A stretch of 64,000 nt of DNA from Klebsormidium nitens (lineage: Eukaryota > Plantae > Klebsormidiophyceae), in assembly GCA_000708835.1 (NCBI GenBank), contig DF237172.1, positions 71,862 through 135,861 on the forward strand, written 5' to 3'. Positions within the stretch are counted from its first letter, which is position 1; each line of letters opens with the position of its first letter. The notes below the pieces were generated by a model. It did no database searches. It saw only the letters and a program-made list of their open reading frames with translations, and was not told the DNA's origin. A program made the position numbers and the translations under genes. Below, one piece after another: positions 1 to 25,735 of the stretch.

Positions 1-470
1 TGGATTCCAACAATTATCCTTGATACTTAGCTAGGAGCACACGAGGATCCACAAGGTTATAAGTACGTCGGATGACCGCAGTTTTTGACTAACCAGTGAA
101 GAAACACACGTACTACCAAAAAGAAAGGCCCATTGTGAGCGGCGAGCACATAGCAGAGGCTCCTTCAATGATCCGCCAACGATCAGCCACTCTTCCGCGC
201 ATTTCTACTTTGGCAAGTGTCACCAGTCATCGTCTCAGGCTGTACAATCTTATGGACCTTGTCGATCATCTTTTTGACTTATGTTTTCAAGCCTATAATG
301 TATCCTAAGCATCCCCGACTCCCCGGGCTGTTTGTACTCTCATCGCAAGCCAGTACCCTCTTCCAGTTCAGCAGCCCCCTGTACAGAGATGACAGCTGGC
401 AATCTTAGCGCCGCGCACAACCGGAATCTCGACTTCAATTAGATGCGTTATTATTTCTAGCAACGCCGTA

Positions 471-3216
471 TCACTTTGGTTCAACTTTACTAAGCCACTG
501 CTCGACTTCGCCTGCTGCTCTATACCCAGCTTCAAGCGCCCCTTCCATGTAGCCTAACCACCGAGTCGACGTTTCGGTCGCAGCCCAGTGGAGGCAACCG
601 ATCGGTTTTCGAAGGACTCCGGCATACTTGCACGTGACGCCAGGGGGGGCAAGGTTCACCGGGCATCCCCTGTACACGAAAAAGCAAAGCTTTGAGATAT
701 GCGGAACAATAAAGTGAGTATAACGTTCGGTCTTGGCACATGGTTGTATCGTTGCCCGCTTGGGTACGTTGGGAGGGACGTCTGAAGGAGCCATCCTGCA
801 GCTTTTTGGAAGTAGAAAAGTGTTTCAGAAAAGTAGTCGTTCAACCCACGAAACTTGAAATTGTGGCGAAAGCTTATCCGCAAGGAGCGAATGCTTCAGA
901 AATACAGCCCGAACACAAGGTTTCTGGTTGCCTGAACGAAAGTTAAAAACGTTCCTAAAACTTTGTATCAATCTTCTTAATCGAGGTGCACGCCCGTAGC
1001 CCAACAAATCACAGTAGATTTGCCGACGGCCTGATCAGACGAGCAGACGGCCCCCGAAACCTTGATAACCTAAGAATGACACGCGCTTCCTTTCTGCAAC
1101 TCTTCGTTCTTCAAGCAAGGAGCCCAGATATCTTGTGTCGCTGGGTGTGGTTCGTATTTCGAATTGTGCAGATTTGGACGTTTCTGGCTGTATATCGAAC
1201 GCAAACAACCGCAGCCCGGTGTTCAGGAAAGGAACTATCACGGTTGCAAAACGTGTTCAAGAGATGGATCTAGTTTGTACGGGTCGGACTGCCCTGCAAG
1301 AACAGCCAGTGATGAAAAGCCAGAGCTGATGGAAGCAAACAATTGACAGCTCCGATGGGTCTGAATGGTATAAAGCAACGTACCAAGGTAAGCCGTGTGG
1401 CAGCTGTCCGAAATAGTGAGCGAGGAACGGAGAGGGCTGGACATAAGAGATACCAGGATGGACGGAATTACGCTCATCACAACCGCGATCAGTAGCGCAA
1501 CGTCGCAAAAGGGGCGCGATTCGGCAAGTACAAGAACAAAGACGAAAAGCTAGAGTCGGTACACGACGAACGCGAAAAGACCCAGGACAGAAGGAAAGAC
1601 ACAGACTGTCTTTGTTCTTTGAGAAAAGAAGCAGGCTGCCATAGAGAAGGACAGAAAAGGAATACAGAAATAGCAGAAGGTTTCAATCGAGATAGAGGCA
1701 CGGCACACGAAATCCTTTGGACACTCGAGGACCGAACTTGGAATTGAAACGAATCAGGATAACAAAGACAGTTCGAACGGCTCACTTGGTCCAGAGGTCG
1801 TCCGCCCACACCTTTAGATGCAACTCGGTGAACGCCCGCGCCTCCTCCCCAAAGAACCGCACTAGCGACCGTACAACCCCCGCTCTTTGTTCCTCTTCCG
1901 TCACCCCCCCGTGGTCATCCGCAAGGGCCCCTGTGATGAAGCACGCCAGAGCTGCGTACGCCCCGCCCTCGCCGCTGACGTCAAATGACATCAGCACGGG
2001 GTGCTCCCTGGAATACCCCGCAGCCATGGCCTCCCCACTGAACCCCTTTTCCCGCCAGAACGGCGTTGGGTAGCAGACAACTGCTTTAGTGTACGAGCCC
2101 ATGAAGTAGCGCGAACCAATCTGTTCCTGGAGAAGGGGCAGGGGGGGAAAGAAGGAGATGTGCCGGATGATCATTGTGGGGGGGACAGCGACAATCACAG
2201 CTTTTGCCCGAAACGCCCCCTTTGCGCTGTGGACTATTGCTCCTCCATTGCGTCCGCGTTCTTCAGAAGCATTGTTGTTGCTTGCTGGATGACTCGAATG
2301 AGACCCTGATTCTGTCTCACACTGGCCCGCTTTCAAACTTGCACCTTCTTCACTTGGCTCTGGGCCGTTGGAGCTTGCCCCTCGCTCGTATGACGCGGCG
2401 ACACCTGTCTCCCCAAGCTCTTTGCTGCTTACACCATCTTCTCCGCTTCCCCCAAGCTCGCCGCCGTGGTCAATCTGGTAAACAGGCGCCTCTGAAATGC
2501 ACGCACAGCCCTTCCGTCCCGCCACCCTCGCAGCCAGCCGCTCACTCAGCTGCTGCGCGCCCCCTTCAATGTACGAATCCTGCGCCGCCCCCTCCGCGTC
2601 CACAAGCTGAGCGAACCCCCCCGCAACATTTGAATAATGCAACGCAAAAAGCAGAGAGATGTCCCGGCATTCGCAGCCCCACACCATCCTCACCGCGACA
2701 TCCAGCAAGTCCTTGGCAGGCTGGGTCTAAAAGCTCCGCTGCTTCCAGCTTTCCAAAGTCTCCCCGTCCCAGGTGATCATTACTCTCGGAGCCCATTCGT
2801 AGCGCCCCATCAGAGCCCGCCACCTGGCGCGCCATCCTTTCCAGCTGCCAGAATGCGCGGACGCCCACCTCGAGCTGACTCAGTATCGGAATGGGGGGCA
2901 CCGTCCCATGGTACTTGCGCACCGAACCAGCCCCCCCGGGGTGCATGATCGCATAGCCCCCCGTGTGCTGCTTTCTCACGCTGATCCCCAACTCTGCACA
3001 CAGCGCGTGCATCAAATGCTGAGAAGGTGCGAGCCAACGACCGCCCAGGTCGTGCGCTCCCCCGTCTTCGCTTCTGACAGTCAATGTGCGCCCCCCGAAG
3101 CGATCAGACGCCTCCAGAACCAGGACTTTGAGGCCTTGTTTGCTGAGCTTGTCAGCGGCGGCAAGCCCAGACAGTCCTCCGCCCACCACAATGACTTCAT
3201 ACTCCATGCTAGTCAT
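471..3216 (-). pseudogene. Flavin-containing monoamine oxidase (MAO-type) family gene with a +1 frameshift and an in-frame TAG; a pseudogene unless rescued by a cryptic 97-nt intron
   Basis: N-terminal FAD motif VIVVGGGLSGLAAA..L...G.KVLVLEASDRFGGRT, then DLGGRW, AQDSYIEGGAQQLSERLA, and C-terminal LRKPIGCLHWAATETSTRWLGYMEGALEAGYRAA. Exons 3216-1786 and 669-471; intron 1785-670 is GTGAG..TACAG and joins WTK|GCP. Removing one G from the run at 2805-2808 and reading TAG 2729-2727 as Trp gives a continuous 542-aa frame. Confidence 0.85.
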
Positions 3217-4075
3217 TGATGACGGGGCCTTCGCTACTCGGAAGTGTCCTGATCAGAGGACATAAACGTCAGCTTCAGAAGTTTGCCGGCATGTGAAAGC
3301 GACAGCCCTTTTCAGGATGAGCAGACACTGTATAGGAGGAGTTGAAATCAACCGGTTCCTGCTGCTAGTACTCCTGCCCATGCTACAATGCTAAAATGCT
3401 AGCTGCGTTCTGCGCCATTTGAAATGCTGTGGCCCTGAGTACCATTCACGAGTGAATCAAAGAGAGAGGGACCCCTTCAGGCTTCAAAGTTCAGCTAGCT
3501 TTCAAGAGCAGCTTGTCTTCCCCCGGGTCCAAGCTGCCGGGTCATGGCCGGCGGTAGTGCCGGTTGTCCGGTGAGTGAGGTCGTCGCAAAGCCCAAATGG
3601 CAACGGCGCATTCGAAACGGCACTGCATGAGCGCCCCGGGCGCAACCGGGGGGCGGGTGAATGCATGCTGCCTGGAACGGACTCCAGATTGGCGGATCAG
3701 CAAAGTTCAATCTTCCAAGTTCCGGAGATCTTCTGAGTGGCGGGAGCAACAGATGTTTCAGCTATTAGAAGCTGGCTGGGAGGATACATTGTCATAAGCT
3801 TTGGGCAGTAGGTAGCTGACGTGAGAGAAAATTCTGGTCGGTGGAGGGGGCGCACGGCGGCAGCTGGCATGTCAGAAGATAGTGGGCACTTTCCATCCAG
3901 AATATGTTTAGGACGTTGTTATCTGTAATCTGAGGGCTGGGCTAGCTTCCCAAAGAGTCAGTTTGAGAAACAGAGTTCGGAACCCCAACACCTGCTCAAT
4001 TCCGTGCTCAGGCAACATAGTGAAGTGTCTCAGCGCCGCCACTGAGCAGAGTTCTTGAATGTGGACTGTCTCTCG

Positions 4076-14334
<10,259 letters not shown>

Positions 14335-15227
14335 GATCAGCGAGGCATCTCTATGGTTCGATCAGGCACGTTACAGCTTTGCCTGGGACATGTTGGTGGC
14401 GGTCAGCCCCTGTTGTATTTGGAGTCGACAAACTACAAGAAACGTGCAACGAAGCTTGGGTAAATCAGACCCTTGTCACCTCAGGGACCAACTTGTCTAA
14501 TCTACGAACTCGTATTGCTGGCCCAGTGCTCAAGGACTGTAGTGATCTTTTAAGCACAACAATCAGTAAGCACACTGATTATCTAGGCACCACGCAAGTT
14601 CTACAGCTGCCTTCTGCGTGCGGCAGCTCAGTGCATGAATCAGCCGTCATATGTGACTCAAGCTCAGGTCTATGCAACCACGCATACGCTTGATTACGAT
14701 TCATGCTGTGACATAGTTGTTGCAGTGTAGCCTAGCACAGTACACACGTACATGTGGCGCAGCTTCTTATAGCATATATGACCATATGCAGATCAGGCAC
14801 TCCCATGTGCTTAGTAGCAGATCCTCAGCGCCATAAATCCAATCGGAGCTCTGCGCAACAGGGGCAAAGTGCACGTAATGGTTGGACACTCTTGCTGCAT
14901 ATGCCTGAACTTGGAGCTCGCGTGCGATGGGAATGCCAATGGACGAAAGCGCGGCTCAACTCGATTGTTCATGCAACACATATTCCTCTCACGGTGAAAT
15001 TCAACGTAATACATTGATATCACCCCACAACAGCTGGGTACAACAGTCCGCAATCCAGTTTCAGTACAGTACAGGCCACCTCCTCGCATCAGCTTGCCCG
15101 ATGCAAGAACATGGGATGGATATGCAAAGTCACCTAGCGTTGTTGGGCGACCCTGCTCGCACACGGAAGATAACGCAAACCCACAGCGACCATCAATGCA
15201 GTCTGGCCTACTAGACTAACTTATAAC

Positions 15228-18022
<2,795 letters not shown>

Positions 18023-18722
18023 TTTGCCAAGGATCTGATCACAGCGTGCGCTCAATCCTTTCTTCTCCAGCTACCAGAAAACGTTAGGTATAGTTGCTCA
18101 ATGGCCAGCTCGACCGTCTTCCCTCAGCAGGTGCATCCCAGATGATCAAAGCACGTCCAACCTGTGCCCAGAGCTCGCTAAGCGGCCGCTCCTCCCCACC
18201 GAGTTCCAACTGGTGCACCTCTTTACAAACTAATAGGTGTCCTCGCGATCTGCGCGCTGCAAAAGCTGCCTCAAGCCTGTCAAGGTGATTACCTACCTTC
18301 TTTCGAAAACTGCTACGATCCTCAAACGCTGAGAATCTTGTATACCTATGTAGGATTGATGGTTGTACTTTGCGCTTATTCTGGGTCTATAAGCCACTAA
18401 GAGAAGCTGAAATGTTAATAAAGGAACCACAAGAAGTTCGACGAAAGAGCAAACTCGGTCAGCATCTGCGCGCAGCCACACGAAAGAATGCTGGTCGTAT
18501 ACCAAGTTATTCTGAGCAAACTGTCAAAACAGAAATATCGCGGCGGCCTGGCTCGCATACGGCTCCTGAACAGTTGGGACTTGCTTGGAACCTAGATCAG
18601 CAAGGGAGACGGCTTTTGGTCTCGCTTTTGGCATTTGTCAGCTTGAGCTTTCCAGTTCCCTTTCAATTTGAAAGACTTCTGTAGTGTGCTGTAGTTGAAA
18701 TCTCAGGTTGCACCTATCAGCC

Positions 18723-21700
18723 ATGTCGAGAAACGGGACGCTTGAAGATGCTCTCAAGTCCATATCCGATTTCAACAAGCACCATCAAGCGGAGGAGCGT
18801 CGAAAAGTCAAAGAGCGGCGGGTGCCTTCTTCCAAAGCACGGCTCAAGCAGAACAATGCTTCCGAGTCCGATGTCAGTGAAGCTGCATTGAAGCAGGACA
18901 ATGTACGCAGGTCAAAGGACAAGAAAAAGCGGAGCAAGAAAAGGAGGAGTCGGAGAGAAGCTTTGGATGATGATGAGTCCAGTTCGGAGGAGGACAGGCA
19001 CGCCAAAAGGTCGCGAACAAAGGCCAGTAAGAAGGGGGACGGGGAGGAGGATGAGGAGGAGGATTCGGACGATGATCGGAGAAGGAGGAGGGAACGCCGG
19101 AAGAGGCGTAGGGAGAAAGAGCGGGAAGATAGGAGTCGGCGGAAAGAAAAGCGCAGGCGGGCAAAGAGGGATGCTTCCAGCTCAGCTTCAGAGTCGGACG
19201 AATCGAGTGAAGAAAATGCAGGATTTGCTGATAGAAGCGATGCAGACGCTGTCAGGGCTGCAGAGAGTGTGTTGGACGGGTTCCCTTTGCTTCGGTCGGA
19301 ACTTGTCCAGGTCAGTATCCTGTTCCAGTCACGCCTCCCACTGCTCATCTTCGTTCCTTGTTTTGCTTTTTGTTTTCTCTTTTCCCCCCCTCCCCACTTG
19401 GGAATCTGAAGAGTATGCTCTCCCCCCTGCTGTATCTGCATTCCTCTGCTGTGGGACCCAATGAAACTATGTATATTGCATCTTGCTTGTCTTGTGGAAA
19501 TCAACGAAACTCCATAATTGCATCTCAATTGCCCTGTGGGACGCGATTAAGCTTTATCCCTCTTGTCTCGATTGTCATGTCTAGATGCTGACAAACTGAG
19601 ATCAGTCACTTGCTCCTGTTTCCACAGCTTCTCTCAACGCTTGACGCGGGCCAGGCTGTCGACATCTCCTCAATCCCTGACCCCAAGCTCAAGTCCCTAC
19701 TCACAGACCTCTTCCTTGCCCTCGGCCTCCGCAAGTCCCCCTTGGGCCTGTATCTCCTCCCCGAGGGGTCCCCCAAAACCCTCGAAACCCTGTCTCCCGT
19801 TCTGAGCCCGGAGCAGAATGAGGTTGGTCCTTCTGAGCAGGGGGCTGAAGTTGCCCCTGTGCCTTCGAACCCCCCCTCAGTAGCTGGCTCAAAAGACCCC
19901 CCCGAAGAGCGGGCGGGCCCGTCGGAAGCCCCAGTCATCGGTCCAGCTTTTCCCCCAAGAGAACCAGGCTTGGAAAATGGGCTGCACGAGGGGGGGAAAG
20001 GGGCGCGGCTGGTAGTCGGTTCAGGAATGCCGAATGGTGGTGCAACGAGTGTTTCGGAAGAAGTTCCGGAGAGAGTGAAGATTGGTCCAGCGGCCGGCCC
20101 GCCGCCAGGCCCCAAGAAAAGGTGAGCCAATGTGACAATGATTCTCTGTAGAAGAAGTGTTCGATGTCATTGTTTTATGTACACAACTGCGCCTCCAACC
20201 GCCACATTTTTAGGCTATCGGAAGAGTTCAAAGATGCGCCTACAGTTCTGCGGTCATTACTTAGAGAGATGCATTCTTCCTGACTTTAGTCAGCTACGCT
20301 TGATCCTGCTCGCTTTTTGGTGAGTGAAAGCCCGCTGATGTCATTGTGGCAGTATTGAGTACCGCTGCTATCGACCGCATGTCTCATCTAAATTGGCGAG
20401 TTTTTCACATGCCCTTTTGCTCTTTGTTCCTACCTTCTGCGGTTTGTCGGCCGGACATCTCGTTGATCGCTTGAAATCAGCTAACGTCCGCGGCCTTGCT
20501 TTGTGTAAGGAGAAAACCGAAGAATTGATCTGAGACGGTTCAAGAGGCGACCAACCCCTAGGCTCGGACTGAGTCACAAGAAGCTCTGGGCTAGGAAGAA
20601 TTCAACCGCTGAGACTATGCGCAGGGTAATTGGGCCGGCGGCGCCTCCCCCGGAGGTCCTTCAAGCAGCCGCGAAGCTAACCGAAGCAGAAGAGGAGCTT
20701 AGGTACTATTCCATTTCGGGAGATGTTGCAGCTTTAAGCTGAGTTGTTTGCTTCCGCTTTGAAAGATCGATCCGTGGTGCTTTTCGTGGGTCTGCAATGA
20801 TGATGAGCTGGTTGAGAGGCCATGTCAAAAGATTGTTTGATTCCCGCGACTAACAGTCGTTGTGAAGTCCTGGAAAGTAGAAGAAGATCGGGACCAATTT
20901 GTATGGCCAGGTTTTCATCTAACAGCAGTAAGTGTGGCACGGGCTTCGATCGGTAATCTTTAAGGGGCCTGAGATTTCGGGATGACGGGTCCGGTGAGAG
21001 CATGTGTATTCGTATGCAAGCATCATGGTTGCTACTCTGACCGCTTCGCTGATCATGCACAATTACGGCCTTGCTGTTCGAGGTTGTCAATTTCCGATCA
21101 CGGTTTCCGCGTTGCTTTTCGTTCTCGAATTGATCTTCGCACAGCCGTTTCGAGTATTCTGGAGCACACCATCGTTATTTGAGATTCTGAGTCCGCTTAT
21201 TTGACTCCCAGTCGGAGATCTACTCTCTGGAACACTGCAATCGAGTCTTGTCCGATAGTCCAAAACAGGCCCGGAAGGTGCGCGATCGTAAATCTACCGC
21301 AGAGAAACAGACCCAACGCTACCTTCTTTTTTGGGATGTAGCAGAGCGTTCTTAAATCGCGCCCACAATGCCAGTAGTGTGTTTTGGCCGCCATTAGAGA
21401 ACGCTCTGTCCGTTCCTCCTCCAGGGCTGCCTACGACGAAGACGACGTGTTGATTGGGCCGCCTCCCCCCGCCCTAGTTGCCGAGGCAGAGGACGCCCCA
21501 GAGAAGGAAAGGTTCGACGAGGTGAGGCGATCCTTTTGCACCTCAAAGGGTTAGCTACCGCAGGAAGATGCGAAGAAGGTGGTGACATGTCACTTCCCTT
21601 GCGACGTAGTACTGGTATCGAGTCCTACTGCTCTCTTGTAGAATGGACGATCTCGATTCTCTAAAATGCACCAAAAGTTCAGCGCTGAAGGGGATCCAGG

Positions 21701-24700
21701 ACTTGGTTTATCGACGATTTCGGTTGACGTGCGTCTCTTCCCAGTAGCAGCTCTGGTTCCTGTCCTTCTCTACTGCTCTATGTTATCCCTATTGCTCTCG
21801 TGGGTGACCCCATTTTTGAATCCAGCCACATGCAAATTTACCTTTTGTTCTCCCGTAACTCCGCAGGGCACAAATTTAATCCCAGTGCTTTTGTTGAACC
21901 CACCTCTCCCGCAGGTCCCGCATCCCACAACGAGGACTCGTGTGCGGAGCTTCCCCGTCGTCATGTGACACCCTCGTTCGCGAGTCTCCCTTGCCAAACC
22001 ACTGCTTGACCGACGTTTTCGCCCCTAATCCCCTGCAGGTTATCCACATTCTGGCCCACAACCCAGGACTCGTAACCCGCCTTTTGTTGCTACACGTCTG
22101 TTCGTGACCTTCTCCTCCCTAACCACTGTCCTGACCCAGTTTAATTGCACCTTACCCCCGCAGGTTATCCACATTCTGGCGCCCACAAGCCAGGACCCGT
22201 CCACGGGGCTTTCCTGCCTTCGTCACTACACCCCTGTTCGTCTTTGTTGACTATGGTCCCCCTCCCTAACCACTGTTTTGACCCACCCTTTTCGCCCCTA
22301 ACCCCCGCAGGTTCTACACATCCTGGCGCCCACAACCCGGGACCCGTACACGCTTCTGCGCGTCAAAGCCGACGCGTCTGCGTCCGAGATCAAGAAGCGG
22401 TACTGGAAGCTGTCGCTCCTAGTTCATCCCGACAAGTGCACGCACCCGCAGGCCCAGAACGCCTTTACGGCCCTCAACAAGGCCTTCAAGGAAGTCGAGG
22501 ACCCAGCAAAGGTGGGCCCTGCTTTTGAGTTTGTTGAGGATTTGTTGACGTGTTTCTTAGTCGGTTTTACCTTACGGTTGCGCTCAACAAGGCCTTTCAA
22601 GGAAGCGAAGGGTCTAGCAGATGTGGGCCCGCTTTGGCTATGTCCATTGCCTCTTTTTATGCTGAGAGCTCAACGAGGCTTTCAGAGGAGTCAGGACCCA
22701 GCCAAGGTAGGCCCCGCTTTTGGGTTTGTTAATTAGCTTCTTGACACTCTCTATGCTGAGAGCTCGTTCAACAGGGTCTTTAGAAAGGTCGAAATCCTAG
22801 CAACAGTTTTCCCTGTTCTTTCTAACGAAGGTCCGTTGCAAGGACACTTTATTCAGGCTTCACGTCAGTTGGGTCCAAGAAATCTGCATATCAATCAGGC
22901 AGTTGGTTGATTACTAGCGTTGCGTTCATCGTGCTCTGGAACGCAGCGGGAGAGACCTTCAGTAACCGGTCTTGTGCCCTTGCCTTTCCCTGTCAATGCG
23001 CTAAGAAGCGTTGCTGGTGACTTCCTTGCAACTGCTAAGACGATGAAAAGTTTCTCGAGGGGATTGCTTGGCGTTGAGCTTCGCTAGAGTAGCAAGTTTT
23101 CCAACTAGATCTTTGAAGTCGGGACGACGCGGAGAATGAACACTAGCTATTTCGCAGTGGGTGATTGTCGATGGAGAGGTCACGACACAAAGGGCGAACG
23201 CGGTTAAACACGTTCCTTCCTGTTGCGCAGCGAGCGATCGTGGATGCGAAAGTGGCGGAGATCCAGCGCAAGGCGGAGTTTGCGGAGGAGATGAAGGCGC
23301 TGCGTGAAGCGGCGGAGTGGCGCAAGCTGCGAGGTGATCTAGTCCTTCCTTAACCATCGTCCTTCAAAACGTGCACGGTCAGAGGTGTACTTCGTGCTCC
23401 AAGCACTTTGTCTCCTCTCCTTTGCCTAGGTCCAAGCTACAAGATTTCCCGTGTGCACCCAATGTTAGTGTTCAGGCTTCAAATGATTGTATGTTCTGTC
23501 AGACGTATTAAATGTCTGACAAACTGTTGGAACGTTCAATAATGGTCAACGAAAAATTCAGGCCAAAAGTGCGCTTTTGCGCATTCAACCCTTGTCGCTA
23601 TCGCGTCAGGCTTTCTCCCAATCTCCATTGTCAGAGTCTGATCCCTGACGTACGGTAGCGCAGCACGAATCAATCCTGCGTACAAGAACTACCACAAAGA
23701 CGCAAACTAGACCGGAAACTTCTCTCCTTACCGCAGGCCAGTCTGAGCCCGGGGACGAGGAGCTGCTGGGGGCGGCTCCCGAGGAAGAGGCCCGGGACAC
23801 GTGGATGACGGAGCTGCCGCCAGAGCGACAGGTGAGGCGCACGTGCGGCTGATCCAGCTTCAGTATTTTCTAGCAATATTTTATTGATGGGAAACTTACG
23901 AGGATCATGAGAGGCTTGGGGCAATTGTGGACAATCGTGTCTTTCTTACACGCGCAACCTTGTGCAGTTCGGTTTAGCACCCCACCGAACTACGAGTTGA
24001 TATAACCGTGAATTGATCTGAAGCACGTTCGATTACGTTCCGTACTTTAAAGTCCTATCGTTCTTCGTCGGGGGAATCTTTCTAGTGTTCTTTGGAACGG
24101 TTATAAGCTCCTCAACTGAGGTCGATAGACGGAAGTTGAGGTACCTGTGGCTCCGTCAATTCGAACCGAACAGGTCGTTTGTGTTTGGAATGGCTTCCCT
24201 ATTCTGCATGCTTGCGGAGCTTGCTTAGTCCGCATGGTCCGAAGAAGAACCCTACCAGTTCAATCTCCGCTAACTTTCTGCTTTCTAGTCGCTCAATCGT
24301 CTCTTCTTTTCCGAGGGGTTCCGTAACTCCATCTTTGCTTGCATCACGCTCCAGCACCCGATAATACCACTCCAAAATGCTGGGAGTGCAAATACATTCA
24401 GCGGAGATGCTCAAGGTTTTCATTTGGCGAGAAATTACTGACGGTCCATCTCTGTCGCAGGCTGGCCCTGCGATGCCAATGCAGTCGACGTACTTCAGCA
24501 CGAAGGAGGGCACGGGAAGGGGGGATACGAGCGCCTGGACGGACAACCCCCAGCAGAAGGCCAAGAAGGAGGCGCAACAGTGCGTGCCCGGAACCCAGTT
24601 CCTCCCTTCTGCTTTCCCTTGAGTGTTTTCTTCTTGCTGTTTTTAAAAAGGAGTTATCCTTACTGTTCTCGAATTGCTTGATTTTACACCGGCTTTTGGA

Positions 24701-25735
24701 TTCATACCACAACGACGTAGCACTCTGATTGTCGGGCCAAAGGAACCGCCGAAAGAAGACGTCAGCAAAGCGGGTTGAAGGACGAAGTGTAGGGGGACCT
24801 TTAGCGTTAAAGCTCTCTAAGGGTTATATCTTGGATACAAAACACTTCCTGTGTTATCGCGAATATGGTTCTGTCACATTGAGCATCTAGCTGACGTCTT
24901 CGATATGTGCTCGACTACGATAGATGGGCTCGTGCGAGGGGAGCTCGAGAGGAGACACCAGTGCGCTCTTTAGGCATTCCCAAAAGGCACGGCGATGCTT
25001 ACGGAGGCGCCGTCGCTGAAGTAGTGGTCACTGTCAGCTTTGAGCAAAATAATTTGCTGGTTCATTTTCTCTTCCTTTCCACCTACGTAAGAATCTTCAT
25101 CGTCGAGACACGATTGTGGTAGCTCCTCCCTTACCAGTTTGTGACGCGTTTCGAGCATGGCCGCAACTACGATGCTGTGCTTGATGTTGATTCTGCGGTG
25201 GTCCGTATACAGTACCCACTTCGGCCTGCGTTTTCTGACGCATTCTATGCAGGGTCGGTCGGAGCTCGATCCGCACATCGGAAGAGGACCCCTATCTTAC
25301 AATCTCCTTCTTTTCTGGCTGTCTTATCGATAAGACAATTCCGACATTTAGTAATCCCTGCAACACCTCTCTTGCAGATACCTGGAAGCGTACAGCCAGG
25401 CGGTGCTGGGCCCGTCCGTTGCGGACGCCCAGGCGGCCGAGAAGGCGTCCGCGACCGCCCAGATCATCGACAGCTACAACAGCAAGAAGCGCGCGCAGTC
25501 GTTGGTGGAGAAACATCAGGAAGCAATGCTGAAGGAGAAGCAGAACAAGAAGAAAAAGAAAAAGGAAGAAACGATGAAGAAGGAAGAGTGGGAGGGGAGC
25601 CATCCATGGAAGCCGTGGGATCGCGAGAAGGATCTTGTGATTGGAAAGACGGTTAAGCTCGATAGGGACTCGTCTGCGACCGCGCTTGCGTCGCGGTTTG
25701 GGGCGAGCCGGCCTGAGGAGAGACGCTTCTTGTAG
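18723..25735 (+). CDS. DnaJ-domain protein with K/R/E/S-rich N-terminus, GP(A)xPP motifs and DUF3752 (GPALPP1-like) C-terminus, about 710 aa, 9 exons
   Basis: Exons 18723-19310, 19628-20121, 20625-20702, 21425-21521, 22311-22511, 23231-23333, 23737-23831, 24461-24579, 25378-25735; phases consistent. J-domain DPYTLLRV...EIKKRYWKLSLLVHPDKC..AQNAFTALNKAF with the HPD motif. IGPAFPP, IGPAAPPP, IGPPPP motifs; RDTWMTELPP, SAWTDNP, KRAQSLVEKHQ, HPWKPWDREKDL. Confidence 0.88.
21905..22805 (+). repeat. Decaying junction copies on both sides of the J-domain exon (22311-22511)
   Basis: Acceptor copies with CAG ending at 21914, 22038 and 22163 (true 22310). Donor-side copies of ctcaacaaggccttcaaggaag...aag|gtgggccc at about 22583, 22667 and 22765. 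Confidence 0.9.

Noticed and set aside
18785-19528. 247-aa minus-strand ORF
   Set aside because: Antisense shadow of the low-complexity K/R/E/S-rich first exon of the DnaJ-DUF3752 gene.
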